From a virus (Duplodnaviria; Caudoviricetes), in the IMG/VR virus record IMGVR_UViG_3300010340_001122: DNA of 64,000 nucleotides, one strand, 5' to 3'. Both the position numbers and the translations under genes were made by a program. Each line of letters starts with the position of its first letter. Position 1 is the first letter of the stretch. Below are positions 48,342 to 58,094 of this stretch, in pieces. Under the pieces are notes generated by a model, which saw only the letters and a program-made list of their open reading frames with translations, had not been told where the DNA came from and searched no databases.

Positions 48342-48623
48342 ATGACAACTATAACAAAGAAAAAAACTTCATCTAAAGTAGATGAAATATTATCACAACC
48401 TTTTAAACTTATACTTCATAATGATGATTATAACACATTTGAATGGGTTATAACCTGTCTTATGAAGGTGTGTGATCATGAATTTGAGCAGGCGAGCCAG
48501 TGCGCTCATATAGTACATTTTAAAGGTGAGTGTGATGTTAAGTATGGAGATTTTGAAAAAATTTCAGTTATGAAAGATAAATTATCATCAGCTGGTTTGT
48601 CAGTCACTATAGAATCGAATTAA
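48342..48623 (+). CDS. clpS: ClpS N-degron adaptor
   Basis: LILHNDDYNTFEWVITCL...EQASQCAHIVHFKG. Confidence 0.9.
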   Translation: MTTITKKKTSSKVDEILSQPFKLILHNDDYNTFEWVITCLMKVCDHEFEQASQCAHIVHFKGECDVKYGDFEKISVMKDKLSSAGLSVTIESN

Positions 48624-49405
48624 AATCTATTAGAAGATCTTATTATTTCTTTGATTTGAAGTAAATCTTCATTGGATATTTTATCTATTGAGTGTTTTAC
48701 TTCAAATCTTTTATTTTCAGTTACTTGATCTTCCACAATTGTGTCTTTTATCATTTTACTTATGTCTTTTATAGACAGATTATCTTTTTGAAGGATTCCT
48801 GGTATTTTAAAATTATTTGAATCCTCTTTAAATTTATCCCACTCTTCTTTGTAATTTGGAATATCTTCTACAAATTCATCTTTTTCTTCATCGGTGAAAT
48901 TATTTATTATAGAAACTATTCTCCAATCAAGCTTATTTCTATTCTTTCTAATGAAATCAATTGGTAGTTGGTTGGCACTTATTAATTTCCATAAATTGAA
49001 TTTCTCAATAACCCATTCATATTTGGAAATATCATCTATTTTTTCAGATGAACAAAGATATAAAATCATTCTTTCCCAATTTATATAATTTTCATATAAT
49101 TTAGTGAATTTATCAGATAGTCCTGCATAAGTCTTCATATTTAATCCATGAACATCTTCTAATTCAAAATAGTCAATATCAATTGCATCTTTTATGAATT
49201 TTTCAGAAAGTGTCATAACTTGTATGATAATATTTTTATCGAAATCCTTAATAACTCCCCATTTTAATATGAATGATTCAGGTATCTCATAACGTTGAAT
49301 AACACTTAAAAGACCATCTTCTGAAATCATATCCAATAAGTCTTGTTCAGTTAATTTTACAACTTCTTCAATTTCTTTTTTTTCTACTAATTCTATTTTT
49401 CTCAT
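48620..49405 (-). CDS. Tryptophan-repeat protein
   Basis: Repeats INWERM / NLWKLISANQLPIDFI / LDWRIVS. Confidence 0.6.
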   Translation of the reverse strand: MRKIELVEKKEIEEVVKLTEQDLLDMISEDGLLSVIQRYEIPESFILKWGVIKDFDKNIIIQVMTLSEKFIKDAIDIDYFELEDVHGLNMKTYAGLSDKFTKLYENYINWERMILYLCSSEKIDDISKYEWVIEKFNLWKLISANQLPIDFIRKNRNKLDWRIVSIINNFTDEEKDEFVEDIPNYKEEWDKFKEDSNNFKIPGILQKDNLSIKDISKMIKDTIVEDQVTENKRFEVKHSIDKISNEDLLQIKEIIRSSNRF

Positions 49406-49408
49406 AAT

Positions 49409-51517
49409 TTAATTATTATTTTTAAACGGATTATTCCAAGGATTGGATAATACATCATTTTTGTATCTATTTTGAAGCTTCTTTCTCCTTATATCTAAAA
49501 CTTGAGTGTAATCTACACCTTCTGTATATTCTATTCCGTCTAATGTTGCTCTTATATAGTTCAACATTTCAGAATCAGGTAAAGATTCTGAAAATTCCTC
49601 AACCATTTGTCTAAAATCATTTTTTTGAAATATTGCACACATATCTATTATACTCATAACTGTATCATCATGTGATGATCCATCCGCAGCATATCTTACA
49701 TTACCTGCGGCTGTTGTATGTTTTATAAATGTTGTCATTTCCGAAATATTTATATCATTTGTTATTATTATAGATCTTTCTTCCATTTTATCTTGATACT
49801 CTTTAACCAATAGGTTTTTATTTTCACCAACTTTAAGTCCTATTTTTTCATCAAGTGCATCTGCGCGATGTTTGAATCTAAAAAATATTGATGATCCATA
49901 ATCATTTCTACCATCAAATACATGAGGCATATGAGCTAGTAGTTCATTTCCATAAGTATTGATCTCTAAAACTATTTTAACATTGTCTGGGTTGAAATAT
50001 TCAAATGATATTAAATATAGAATTTCAGCTAGTTGTTGTACAGATACTAAATTACTTCTAAACATACCTACCTGTTCCAATTTGAAAAAATCAACAATTG
50101 ATTTATATTTATGTTTTTGGTGTTCTATTAATTCTTTTGTTTTAACATTTAATTTAAATATATTAATTATTGAATAATCCTGTCCTAATCCTTCTGATAC
50201 ATCCACAGATATTATTATTTTATAATCTTTTCTTTTTAGTGGTAAAAATATATCATCGTCTTGAATCCATTTCATATCTTGATACGAAAATTTCAATTTT
50301 TCAAGTTCATCAAGTTTTTCCCACTCATATATTTTTTTATTTTTAGTTAAATCATCGATGAGAGTTTCGGTTAATAAACTTCTTGAAGAATTTATAAATC
50401 TTAAATCATATTCCTGGTTAAATGCTTCTTCACCGCCAATATCCTTAATAGTTTCTTTTTTCCAAGTCGTTATTTCTGAAAACTCTAATAGTCTTATTCC
50501 ATTAAATGATTCGGATAAAATATCTTCTTCAGAACAGTCTATTGTATTTAGTGTTGTAATTACCCATTTTTTTAACTCATCATTATATGATAAGGTGTGT
50601 TCATTTTTTGGATATTTTTCAATTAAATAATCGAGTAATTCATTTTTGTTTATTTTATTTTCTTCTACTTTTTTTGGATTTAGTCTAATATAAGTAGAGA
50701 ATCTTTTAGGAACTTGCCACCAATATACTCTTTTTGCGACATATGATGATTTTTCTCCCTCTGGTTTTTCAGCATCTGTTAATAATTTGTGAAAAAGGTT
50801 AAACCCATCAGGAGTTGATGTTATGATTATTTTTGAATTATCTATATTAGATACTGTCGGAAATACTGATTTGTAGAATTTATCAGCTATATTTCCTGGT
50901 AGATATGCAAACTCATCTAAGTATAAAAAATCAGCAGCCTGCCCAATAGATGCAGTTTTAGTTGTTGCGAATCCTTTTATTCTACTTTTATTTTCAAAAA
51001 CCATAAATTTTTGATTCCAGTTTATAATTCCCTGTTGTAAAAAGAAAGGCAGTTTTTGATATATTTCCCTTATTTTATCTAACACCTCAATTGCTGTATC
51101 TAATTTATTTGCTGTTACTAATACATTTTTATTATTATTAAATAAAACATAATGTAGCATCATAATTGATGAGCAGATGGTTTTACCTATTTGACGACTT
51201 GCCATCAATATATTAAATCTATTATTAAAGAAATTATCTAGTATTTCATTTTGATAGTCTCTAAGTGGTATTATAATTGGTTGTCCTTCTTCGCCTTTGA
51301 TATAACAATAGGTTCTTGCGAAATAATGAATATCTAAAGCACATTTTATATATTCTTCTTGTTCATCATTTGACATCTTAAATGTTAGACCAGCAGTTCT
51401 TAGACCCACTACTTTTTCAAAAAATGGATTTTCTAGTCTATTTAAAACAAAACCATTGTTTATTTTTTCAGTAGCTTCTTCTACCATTTTTGTTGTCCAA
51501 ATTATTTGTCTTGACAT
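49409..51517 (-). CDS. terL: Terminase large subunit (T4 gp17-like)
   Basis: LRDYQ, ASRQIGKT, LYLDEFAY, ITSTPDG, FNQEY, VDVSEGLGQDYS, HDDTVMS. Confidence 0.95.
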   Translation of the reverse strand: MSRQIIWTTKMVEEATEKINNGFVLNRLENPFFEKVVGLRTAGLTFKMSNDEQEEYIKCALDIHYFARTYCYIKGEEGQPIIIPLRDYQNEILDNFFNNRFNILMASRQIGKTICSSIMMLHYVLFNNNKNVLVTANKLDTAIEVLDKIREIYQKLPFFLQQGIINWNQKFMVFENKSRIKGFATTKTASIGQAADFLYLDEFAYLPGNIADKFYKSVFPTVSNIDNSKIIITSTPDGFNLFHKLLTDAEKPEGEKSSYVAKRVYWWQVPKRFSTYIRLNPKKVEENKINKNELLDYLIEKYPKNEHTLSYNDELKKWVITTLNTIDCSEEDILSESFNGIRLLEFSEITTWKKETIKDIGGEEAFNQEYDLRFINSSRSLLTETLIDDLTKNKKIYEWEKLDELEKLKFSYQDMKWIQDDDIFLPLKRKDYKIIISVDVSEGLGQDYSIINIFKLNVKTKELIEHQKHKYKSIVDFFKLEQVGMFRSNLVSVQQLAEILYLISFEYFNPDNVKIVLEINTYGNELLAHMPHVFDGRNDYGSSIFFRFKHRADALDEKIGLKVGENKNLLVKEYQDKMEERSIIITNDINISEMTTFIKHTTAAGNVRYAADGSSHDDTVMSIIDMCAIFQKNDFRQMVEEFSESLPDSEMLNYIRATLDGIEYTEGVDYTQVLDIRRKKLQNRYKNDVLSNPWNNPFKNNN

Positions 51518-51576
51518 ATCTTAAAAAATTTTTAAAAAATCCACAAAGGAATATTTTTAGTATATATAGTAATATT

Positions 51577-52185
51577 ATGGGTACAATGTCAAAAAGTGAA
51601 AAAGAACACACTAGAATAAATGATGAATTTGATATGATTCAAGAAGAAAATATAGATTTTGATATAGCTGGGCATTTAGCTACTATTGATGATCTTCCTG
51701 ATTTGGGTCAAATTGAATTATATGATTATGATTCAGACTTAACTGTTGCATCTCAAAAAGGAATGGATGTAATTGAATCTCTTGTTGATCTATATTTGGG
51801 AGAATTTGGTGATTTAAAGAGTCATCCTTATATAAAAAATAAACTCAGAGAAGATGCTATGGTATATGCTGAAACTTTATTTTTATCTAAAATGACTAGA
51901 AAAAACTTTTTAACTCAGATGAGACAAGTTGATAATGGTGATAATTCTGCAAGAATGCATGAAGTTATAAATCAAACAATACGAGAAGTTAGAGAAAATT
52001 CTAAGTTCTCATCTTCACAGAGGACAGAATTAGAGGAATATTATAAAAAATTTAGAGAAGATTTAGGTGAAGTTGCCGCAGCTATGAAACTATCAAATCC
52101 TGATAAAGAAGAGGATGGTCAAATTGTTGATAATAAGAAGTTAAATGATATGATAAGTGAGGCAATGAAAAAGAAAAAATCTTAA
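51577..52185 (+). CDS. Hypothetical protein, possible small terminase subunit
   Basis: Divergent from terL; helical, ARMHEVINQ; ATG 51577 or 51586 preferred over the track's TTG. Confidence 0.4.
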   Translation: MGTMSKSEKEHTRINDEFDMIQEENIDFDIAGHLATIDDLPDLGQIELYDYDSDLTVASQKGMDVIESLVDLYLGEFGDLKSHPYIKNKLREDAMVYAETLFLSKMTRKNFLTQMRQVDNGDNSARMHEVINQTIREVRENSKFSSSQRTELEEYYKKFREDLGEVAAAMKLSNPDKEEDGQIVDNKKLNDMISEAMKKKKS

Positions 52186-53027
52186 AATTTAAAATTTTCA
52201 AAACTCTTAATTAAATTAGAATATTGTAATTGTATATTATATTCTTTAAATCTATTAGCTTTGTTATGTGTAAATTCTTTTATTATTAATAAATTTTCAT
52301 CATTTTTAATTTTATCCTTTACTATTGTTTTTACTTCTTTTTCAGTTTTAGTAAGTAGTTTTTCTAAAATACTGTTTATATCTTTACACATCTGTATTGA
52401 CTTCATATTATCATCATAAAAAGTTATTTGATTGTAGTTTTCAATTTCTACATTTGATAATTTATCACCATCAGTTTTTAAACCTAGTAAATGTTGTAGA
52501 ACTAATTTAGATTTTAAATAAGAGATTTCATCATCGTCTTTATTGTAGAAGGTCTCTGAGATGAAATAATATTTTTTAATTTTTAATCCTATTTCTTCTA
52601 GTTTTTCTTCTAGTTTAGAAATTTGCTTTTCAAAATTAGCTTTTGTGTTTTTAGAACATATTATATAAATATCATCATTTGTATTAATAACCGGTCTAAA
52701 TAGAGAGATGTCTATATCAAATTTTATATTTTCAATTATTTCAGGATTTAAAAATTCCTGCATCGATATTCCTAAATTTGAAATATCTACTTTAGATTTT
52801 TTAGCTTTAACTTTTAATTTATTCATAAATTCATTAGATATCCAAAATATTTTACCATTAAATGATATTTTATTTCCTTGAGATTTATAAATTCCAGATT
52901 TGAATAGGTTGAATTCAGATATGTCCATTTTAATTATTGGAATATTTGGATTTAATTTATCTACAATCCAGGGTTTTGATTCTATTTTTAAAATTATGTC
53001 TAGTTCAATAAAGTGAGCATTCATCAT
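52182..53027 (-). CDS. Degenerate HAD-like protein
   Basis: AHFIELD...IICSK...TFYDDN; ends NLIKSFENFKF. Confidence 0.5.
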   Translation of the reverse strand: MMNAHFIELDIILKIESKPWIVDKLNPNIPIIKMDISEFNLFKSGIYKSQGNKISFNGKIFWISNEFMNKLKVKAKKSKVDISNLGISMQEFLNPEIIENIKFDIDISLFRPVINTNDDIYIICSKNTKANFEKQISKLEEKLEEIGLKIKKYYFISETFYNKDDDEISYLKSKLVLQHLLGLKTDGDKLSNVEIENYNQITFYDDNMKSIQMCKDINSILEKLLTKTEKEVKTIVKDKIKNDENLLIIKEFTHNKANRFKEYNIQLQYSNLIKSFENFKF

Positions 53028-53039
53028 AAACTATATATT

Positions 53040-53072
53040 AAAAAACCCATTTGATAAATCAAATGGGTTTTT
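53040..53072 (-). terminator. Intrinsic terminator
   Basis: aaaaacccatttga-taaa-tcaaatgggttttt. Confidence 0.8.
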
Positions 53073-53074
53073 CA

Positions 53075-53524
53075 TTATGCTATTTCGTTTTCTAATGCAA
53101 ATTCATATAAAATTGGAAGATTTAAATATTTTAAAAAACCATTTCTAACATCCTTCATAGTTTTAGAATTTTTTAAAATTGATATTACCTTCATTCCAAA
53201 TTCTTCTTGATATAATAAAGAACAATCGATCCAAGTTTTTTTATAATTATTCATAATTTTCCATTCAGTTTCACCACCAGATAGCCAGTATAGTGATTTT
53301 TCTGGTGTTATATTATAATAGTCTAAATTTTGTATTTCTAAATCCCAGAATTTGCTATCTGATTTACTTTTATATTTCATTATGATAGCAACTGCTTCAG
53401 CTAGATCTGTTGTTATATGATTTCCTATTTCAAAATAATAATGTTCACCTTCTTTATCAATTTTTATGAAATTATCTGACCATACGTCAAAGTTTCTCAT
53501 CAAAGCCACTTTTTTCTTTTTCAT
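53075..53524 (-). CDS. Hypothetical protein
   Basis: 149-aa ORF. Confidence 0.65.
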   Translation of the reverse strand: MKKKKVALMRNFDVWSDNFIKIDKEGEHYYFEIGNHITTDLAEAVAIIMKYKSKSDSKFWDLEIQNLDYYNITPEKSLYWLSGGETEWKIMNNYKKTWIDCSLLYQEEFGMKVISILKNSKTMKDVRNGFLKYLNLPILYEFALENEIA

Positions 53525-53555
53525 GAATGAAAAATTATTTTTTATATCAATTTGA

Positions 53556-53837
53556 TTATTTTATACCACTATTCCATTTTCCTTTAAAATTTCCTTTTTC
53601 AAAAATACCATTTTCCCAATTACCATAAAAATTTCCTTCTTTGAAAATTCCATATTTCCAATTACCGGTATAGAAGTCACCAGAGTGCCAAATGAGAGTA
53701 TTTTTTTTAATCTCTATTTTAGCATTCTCGATCTCTGAATCTAGTAACCAATAAAATTTCTGCGATTTTAAAATGACATCTATCTCTTTTTGATTCTTTA
53801 TAGACTTACCATTTATTAATAATTCCTGATATCTCAT
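53556..53837 (-). CDS. (W/F)xxG repeat protein
   Basis: WHSGDFYTGNWKYGIFKEGNFYGNWENGIFEKG. Confidence 0.7.
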   Translation of the reverse strand: MRYQELLINGKSIKNQKEIDVILKSQKFYWLLDSEIENAKIEIKKNTLIWHSGDFYTGNWKYGIFKEGNFYGNWENGIFEKGNFKGKWNSGIK

Positions 53838-53915
53838 ATTGTTAATTTAAACTTGAGGTATATATTCAGGTCGGAATATTACTAAATATACTAAGTGGAT
53901 TTTTTCAGTAAAAAT

Positions 53916-53944
53916 AAAAAAACCTAACATTATGTTAGGTTTTT
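53916..53944 (-). terminator. Intrinsic terminator
   Basis: aaaaacctaacat-t-atgttaggttttt. Confidence 0.8.
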
Positions 53945-53951
53945 ATTTAGA

Positions 53952-54329
53952 TTATTTATTCAAATTGTCAAGAAATTCTTTTTCTTTTTTAGAAAGTGAG
54001 TCAATTCCTTTTTCAGAAATTTTTTCTAGAATAACATCAACATCCAAAGACATTTTTGTATCTGTTTTGAATGATAATGATGACATATTTTTTAGAAAAT
54101 CTTTGAAATTATCTTGAAATATTATTTCTTTTTTTGAAGATTCATGCACATAAGCAACAGCCTCAAAAGTATTCTTATCGAAGAATATTTTTGTATATCC
54201 AGATTCTTTGTGTTCAAAGAGTTTATTGGCGTCTATATTTTCTATGCCGTTATCATCAAGAAGTCTTTGAAAGTCTTCAACCGATTTGAATCTATTCAAG
54301 TGAATTGATATTACGTTTTCGAATTTCAT
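53952..54329 (-). CDS. Protein with C-terminal DUF6576-like motif
   Basis: VDVILEKISEKGIDSLSKKEKEFL; TATATTTG at 54350-54357. Confidence 0.7.
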   Translation of the reverse strand: MKFENVISIHLNRFKSVEDFQRLLDDNGIENIDANKLFEHKESGYTKIFFDKNTFEAVAYVHESSKKEIIFQDNFKDFLKNMSSLSFKTDTKMSLDVDVILEKISEKGIDSLSKKEKEFLDNLNK

Positions 54330-54397
54330 GTGTTTCTGTGTTTGTTTTACAAATATACAAATTATATTTTATATATACTAAAAAAGATTATTTTTTT

Positions 54398-56962
54398 ATG
54401 AAGAAACTATTAACTAGAGACTCATATCTAAAGGAAATTAATAATAAGTATTATAGTAAATTCACAGGAGTTCCTGTGAATGAAGTTTTTGCTAATGATA
54501 TTCCTTGGGGTGATACTCACATTGGCAGAATGATAAACTCTATAGCCAGAAAGGCAAAAATTGTTTTTAATAAGAGAAGAATCAGTGGGTTAATAAATGG
54601 ATTAAAATCTTTATTCGATGAGATGTTGGTTGTTGGTAAGGTTGATATGACAAATATCGATGAGATGTTTTTAAAAATATCTATATACCTTGGATTACTA
54701 GAAGAACAAGTTAAGGATGAGAATGAAGAAATTGATATAATAATAGGAACGACTTCGGATTTAATACAATTTGTAACGGATTATAAATTTGATGAGAAGG
54801 AGATAATGTTAAAAACTTTAAATGACTTTTTAGACTTTCTAAAGGAATTAAAAGATGGAAAAGTTGATAAGTCAGAGGTTGTTGAAGAACCTACTGTTGA
54901 TATTTATGGTAGTTCATTGAACCTTTTACAATCAGTAGTCCAATTACATAATCTTATTGCATCAAAACAAAAGACACAGACACCAATTGAGAAGAAACCT
55001 AATAAGACCAATATACAAGTTGGTAAGGAGTATTTATATGGTGATAAAGTCGTTAAAGTTGTGGACTTAGAACATCCAAGAAAAGCAGGTAATGATAAAA
55101 AATGGTTAACTGGTGATGATTCTCGAAATAAAGAAGAAGATATAAAACCGAATGTATTTGTTATATGGAGAGACCCTCAAACAAAAACATATAAACCAAA
55201 CGCAGCAAGTCAAGCAGTTGATCCATCAAAACTTAAACCAATTAGTGGTGATGTTAATGTTAGTAAGAAACCAGTTGCGGTGAATGCTAGTAGACAATAT
55301 GATATGACTGATACTTTTATTAATGAGAGTACCGAGTCTGATAATATATGGAATAAAATTGTTAAATCATATAATACAGTTGGATTGTCAAAGATGATTC
55401 CAAGAATAAAAGAACTTATTGAAAAATCAAAAGATGAGAACTCCAATGAGAAAAAATATGTTTCTATTATAGGAAAACAAGTTATTATGAATAAGTCTAC
55501 TGTTGGTAAAGAAATTCCCTACGATCAACTTATCAAAGAAGAAGTAGATCCTATACCTACTAGTTATAACGATATACCTAAGGCAATATCATTGATAAGT
55601 AGGTATATTTTACCAGTTAGAGATCATAAAGACGCCTTAAAGGATAAAGTTGAAGAAATAAAAGTTATTTCTTCATTTATAGATGGCTTTAGTGAATTAG
55701 AGAATCTTTTGAAAAAATCAAATAGTAGTGAAGACATTAAAAAAGAATCTTTAGTTGGATATTCTAAGTTTTTAATTTTATTAGAAAACTCTAAATATCA
55801 TAGTCAGATATTGGAAAAATTTAATGAGTTATTTACGGATGAGATTAAGAAGACTTTCCAAATATCTGAAGAGATGAGAGGTAAATTGGAAAATATGAAA
55901 GAATATCCTGAAGGACAACTTGTATTTACATCTAGTGATCCAATCATTGAAATAGTTAGACTATTTAATAGAGCTTGGAGAATACATACACCTGGTGTTA
56001 TTCCTTCTGGAAGAACTGGTGGTAGAGTTTCCAATTCTGTATTTAGAGAATATGAAGATCTAGGAAGTGGAAGTGGTACACCTGATTCACCGGGCAGCGG
56101 TCCTTATAGAAATATTGAACTTTATGATTCTTGGTTTGAATCAGTTCAAGATATTTTAAGTGATACTAAATACAGACCTATTTTTAGTGAAAGTGCTGTT
56201 TTTAGATTTGTTAATGAGGAGACCGGACAAGAAGGTGATTCGATTAAGAAGGGTGGAAAAATACTTTTAAAATTTATAAATGAATTATTATCTGATAGTA
56301 AAATGTATAAGTCAGGTGCTATTAATAAGTTTATAGTTGAATATTTCCAATTAGATCCTTCAAAAATTGAAGGAGTTAATACAACATATGCTGGATTTGA
56401 AAATGATTCTAAAAATAATAATAGCACTTCTTCTACAATAAAAACTACGGAAGTTGAATATAGAAGTATGGATAGAATTAAAGAATTAAATAAATATTCT
56501 GATGATTTAGGTAAATTATTCTCTGATATCTCAAATAATGGACCTTATAAGAACTTAGCTTTCAGAATTGAAGTAGATACAAAAATATATTTTTGTGTTT
56601 ATAACTCTACTGAAAATGGATATCCAATTTTTACATTTAGTTCAGGTAATTACGCTTATGATTTGACTAAAATTAGTGGTATTTCAAAAGTTAGTGCTCC
56701 TTTAAATGTCTATTTAGCATCATTGGAGAAAAACAGCAGCTTCAAAGTGGGATCTACATCTAAGGTTAAATATGTTGAAATATCTAAAAATACAGTTTCT
56801 GATGGTGATGAGATCACATCAGATTTTAAAATTTCTAAAATTGAAATTCTTTGTGAGAAAAGTTCTCAAGATCTTTATTTAGAATTGGAAAAATATCTAC
56901 CTAATTTGAAGAGTAATATTAGTAGAAATCTACCTAAATCAAAGATACTTTTAAAAAAATAA
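54398..56962 (+). CDS. Large probable virion (head-internal) protein
   Basis: Likely start ATG 54398 (MKKLLTRDSYLKE); several internal (L/I/V)(N/K)E sites; begins the cluster leading to the sheath gene. Confidence 0.6.
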   Translation: MKKLLTRDSYLKEINNKYYSKFTGVPVNEVFANDIPWGDTHIGRMINSIARKAKIVFNKRRISGLINGLKSLFDEMLVVGKVDMTNIDEMFLKISIYLGLLEEQVKDENEEIDIIIGTTSDLIQFVTDYKFDEKEIMLKTLNDFLDFLKELKDGKVDKSEVVEEPTVDIYGSSLNLLQSVVQLHNLIASKQKTQTPIEKKPNKTNIQVGKEYLYGDKVVKVVDLEHPRKAGNDKKWLTGDDSRNKEEDIKPNVFVIWRDPQTKTYKPNAASQAVDPSKLKPISGDVNVSKKPVAVNASRQYDMTDTFINESTESDNIWNKIVKSYNTVGLSKMIPRIKELIEKSKDENSNEKKYVSIIGKQVIMNKSTVGKEIPYDQLIKEEVDPIPTSYNDIPKAISLISRYILPVRDHKDALKDKVEEIKVISSFIDGFSELENLLKKSNSSEDIKKESLVGYSKFLILLENSKYHSQILEKFNELFTDEIKKTFQISEEMRGKLENMKEYPEGQLVFTSSDPIIEIVRLFNRAWRIHTPGVIPSGRTGGRVSNSVFREYEDLGSGSGTPDSPGSGPYRNIELYDSWFESVQDILSDTKYRPIFSESAVFRFVNEETGQEGDSIKKGGKILLKFINELLSDSKMYKSGAINKFIVEYFQLDPSKIEGVNTTYAGFENDSKNNNSTSSTIKTTEVEYRSMDRIKELNKYSDDLGKLFSDISNNGPYKNLAFRIEVDTKIYFCVYNSTENGYPIFTFSSGNYAYDLTKISGISKVSAPLNVYLASLEKNSSFKVGSTSKVKYVEISKNTVSDGDEITSDFKISKIEILCEKSSQDLYLELEKYLPNLKSNISRNLPKSKILLKK

Positions 56963-56971
56963 TTTAAATAA

Positions 56972-57358
56972 ATGAATCATATTAAAACATTTGAAGGATT
57001 TTTCACAAATAAAAGTAAAAGGAGTATTTTAAGTAATTTGTTTAGTAAAGAAGATGATGAGTTTGCTCAAAAAATTTTAAATTCTTTAGAATCAAATAGA
57101 ATTGGTGATATATCCAGATATGGTGATTATAAAAGATCAGTTAAATTACAATCTAATGGAAATACATATCTAGTTACCGTTCAGAAAAGTTCAAAAAGTG
57201 ATTATGTCTTAATAATAAATAATAAACATTTTATAGATCGAAATACTGGTAAATCAACTGTTTCGAAGAAAATTATTAAAAATATTTGGGAATTTTTGGA
57301 TAAAGAACATGATAAAAAATCTTTTAATAAGGAAGATATGAAGAAAGATTTTGAATAA
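56972..57358 (+). CDS. Hypothetical protein with capsid-targeting-like N-terminus
   Basis: MNHIKTFEGFF start. Confidence 0.7.
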   Translation: MNHIKTFEGFFTNKSKRSILSNLFSKEDDEFAQKILNSLESNRIGDISRYGDYKRSVKLQSNGNTYLVTVQKSSKSDYVLIINNKHFIDRNTGKSTVSKKIIKNIWEFLDKEHDKKSFNKEDMKKDFE

Positions 57359-57360
57359 GT

Positions 57361-57383
57361 AAACCCGTTTTAACGGGTTTTTT
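57361..57383 (+). terminator. Intrinsic terminator
   Basis: aaacccgtt-tt-aacgggtttttt. Confidence 0.8.
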
Positions 57384-57407
57384 AATTATATAATTAATAT
57401 ATAGACT

Positions 57408-58028
57408 ATGAAATATTTGAAAAAGTATATTCTTTTTTTAGAGGATATTGAAAATATAGTAACAGATGATATTAGTGCATTACCATCAGATCCAGAATTA
57501 GACTCAAAGACTGATAAAACAAAATCTGAGTCTTTATCAGACTCACAAGCACTTTTAAGAGAATTTCAAGATAAAAAGAGTAAAATAGAGAGTATTTTTA
57601 AGGATCCAAAAATAACTGATGATGTTTCACTTGATAATGCCTTATTAAATGGTGTTTATAATAGTAAAAGGGAAGTTAAAGATAGAAATAAATGGATTAA
57701 AGAGTTTGAATCAATTCTTCGAGCAGAAAGAAGAAAGAATGCTCTTCAATCAGCTATAGGTAGTGATGAGGATCAAGTTAAAAAAACTAACGATGATATA
57801 AATCGATTAAATAATGAGATATTAAATGCTTCTGACAAAAGAAAAGATCAGATTGTTTCATCTCTAGAAATGAATAAAAAAAGACTTAAAGAAATTAAAG
57901 ATAATATTCTTTTGAATAAGAAACTACTTTCAGAAGATATAACTAATTGGAATAAAAATCTTGAGAATTTTAAAAAGTCTATTAAAATTGAGGAAGAAAG
58001 AATAAAGAATTTACTGTCTAAAGTATAG
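57408..58028 (+). CDS. Coiled-coil protein with capsid-targeting-like N-terminus
   Basis: MKYLKKYILFLE start; TAATATATA at 57395-57403. Confidence 0.7.
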   Translation: MKYLKKYILFLEDIENIVTDDISALPSDPELDSKTDKTKSESLSDSQALLREFQDKKSKIESIFKDPKITDDVSLDNALLNGVYNSKREVKDRNKWIKEFESILRAERRKNALQSAIGSDEDQVKKTNDDINRLNNEILNASDKRKDQIVSSLEMNKKRLKEIKDNILLNKKLLSEDITNWNKNLENFKKSIKIEEERIKNLLSKV

Positions 58029-58055
58029 AAATAGAAAAAAAATGGTTTTTCCTTT

Positions 58056-58064
58056 TAATATATA
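58056..58064 (+). promoter_or_regulatory. Putative late promoter TAATATATA
   Basis: 30 nt upstream of the sheath start; the same 9-mer precedes many other genes. Confidence 0.6.
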
Positions 58065-58094
58065 AAACATAAAATAAAAAATAATTAAAAAAAT

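Noticed and set aside
50465-50707. Intein in terminase
   Set aside because: No splice-junction residues and too short.
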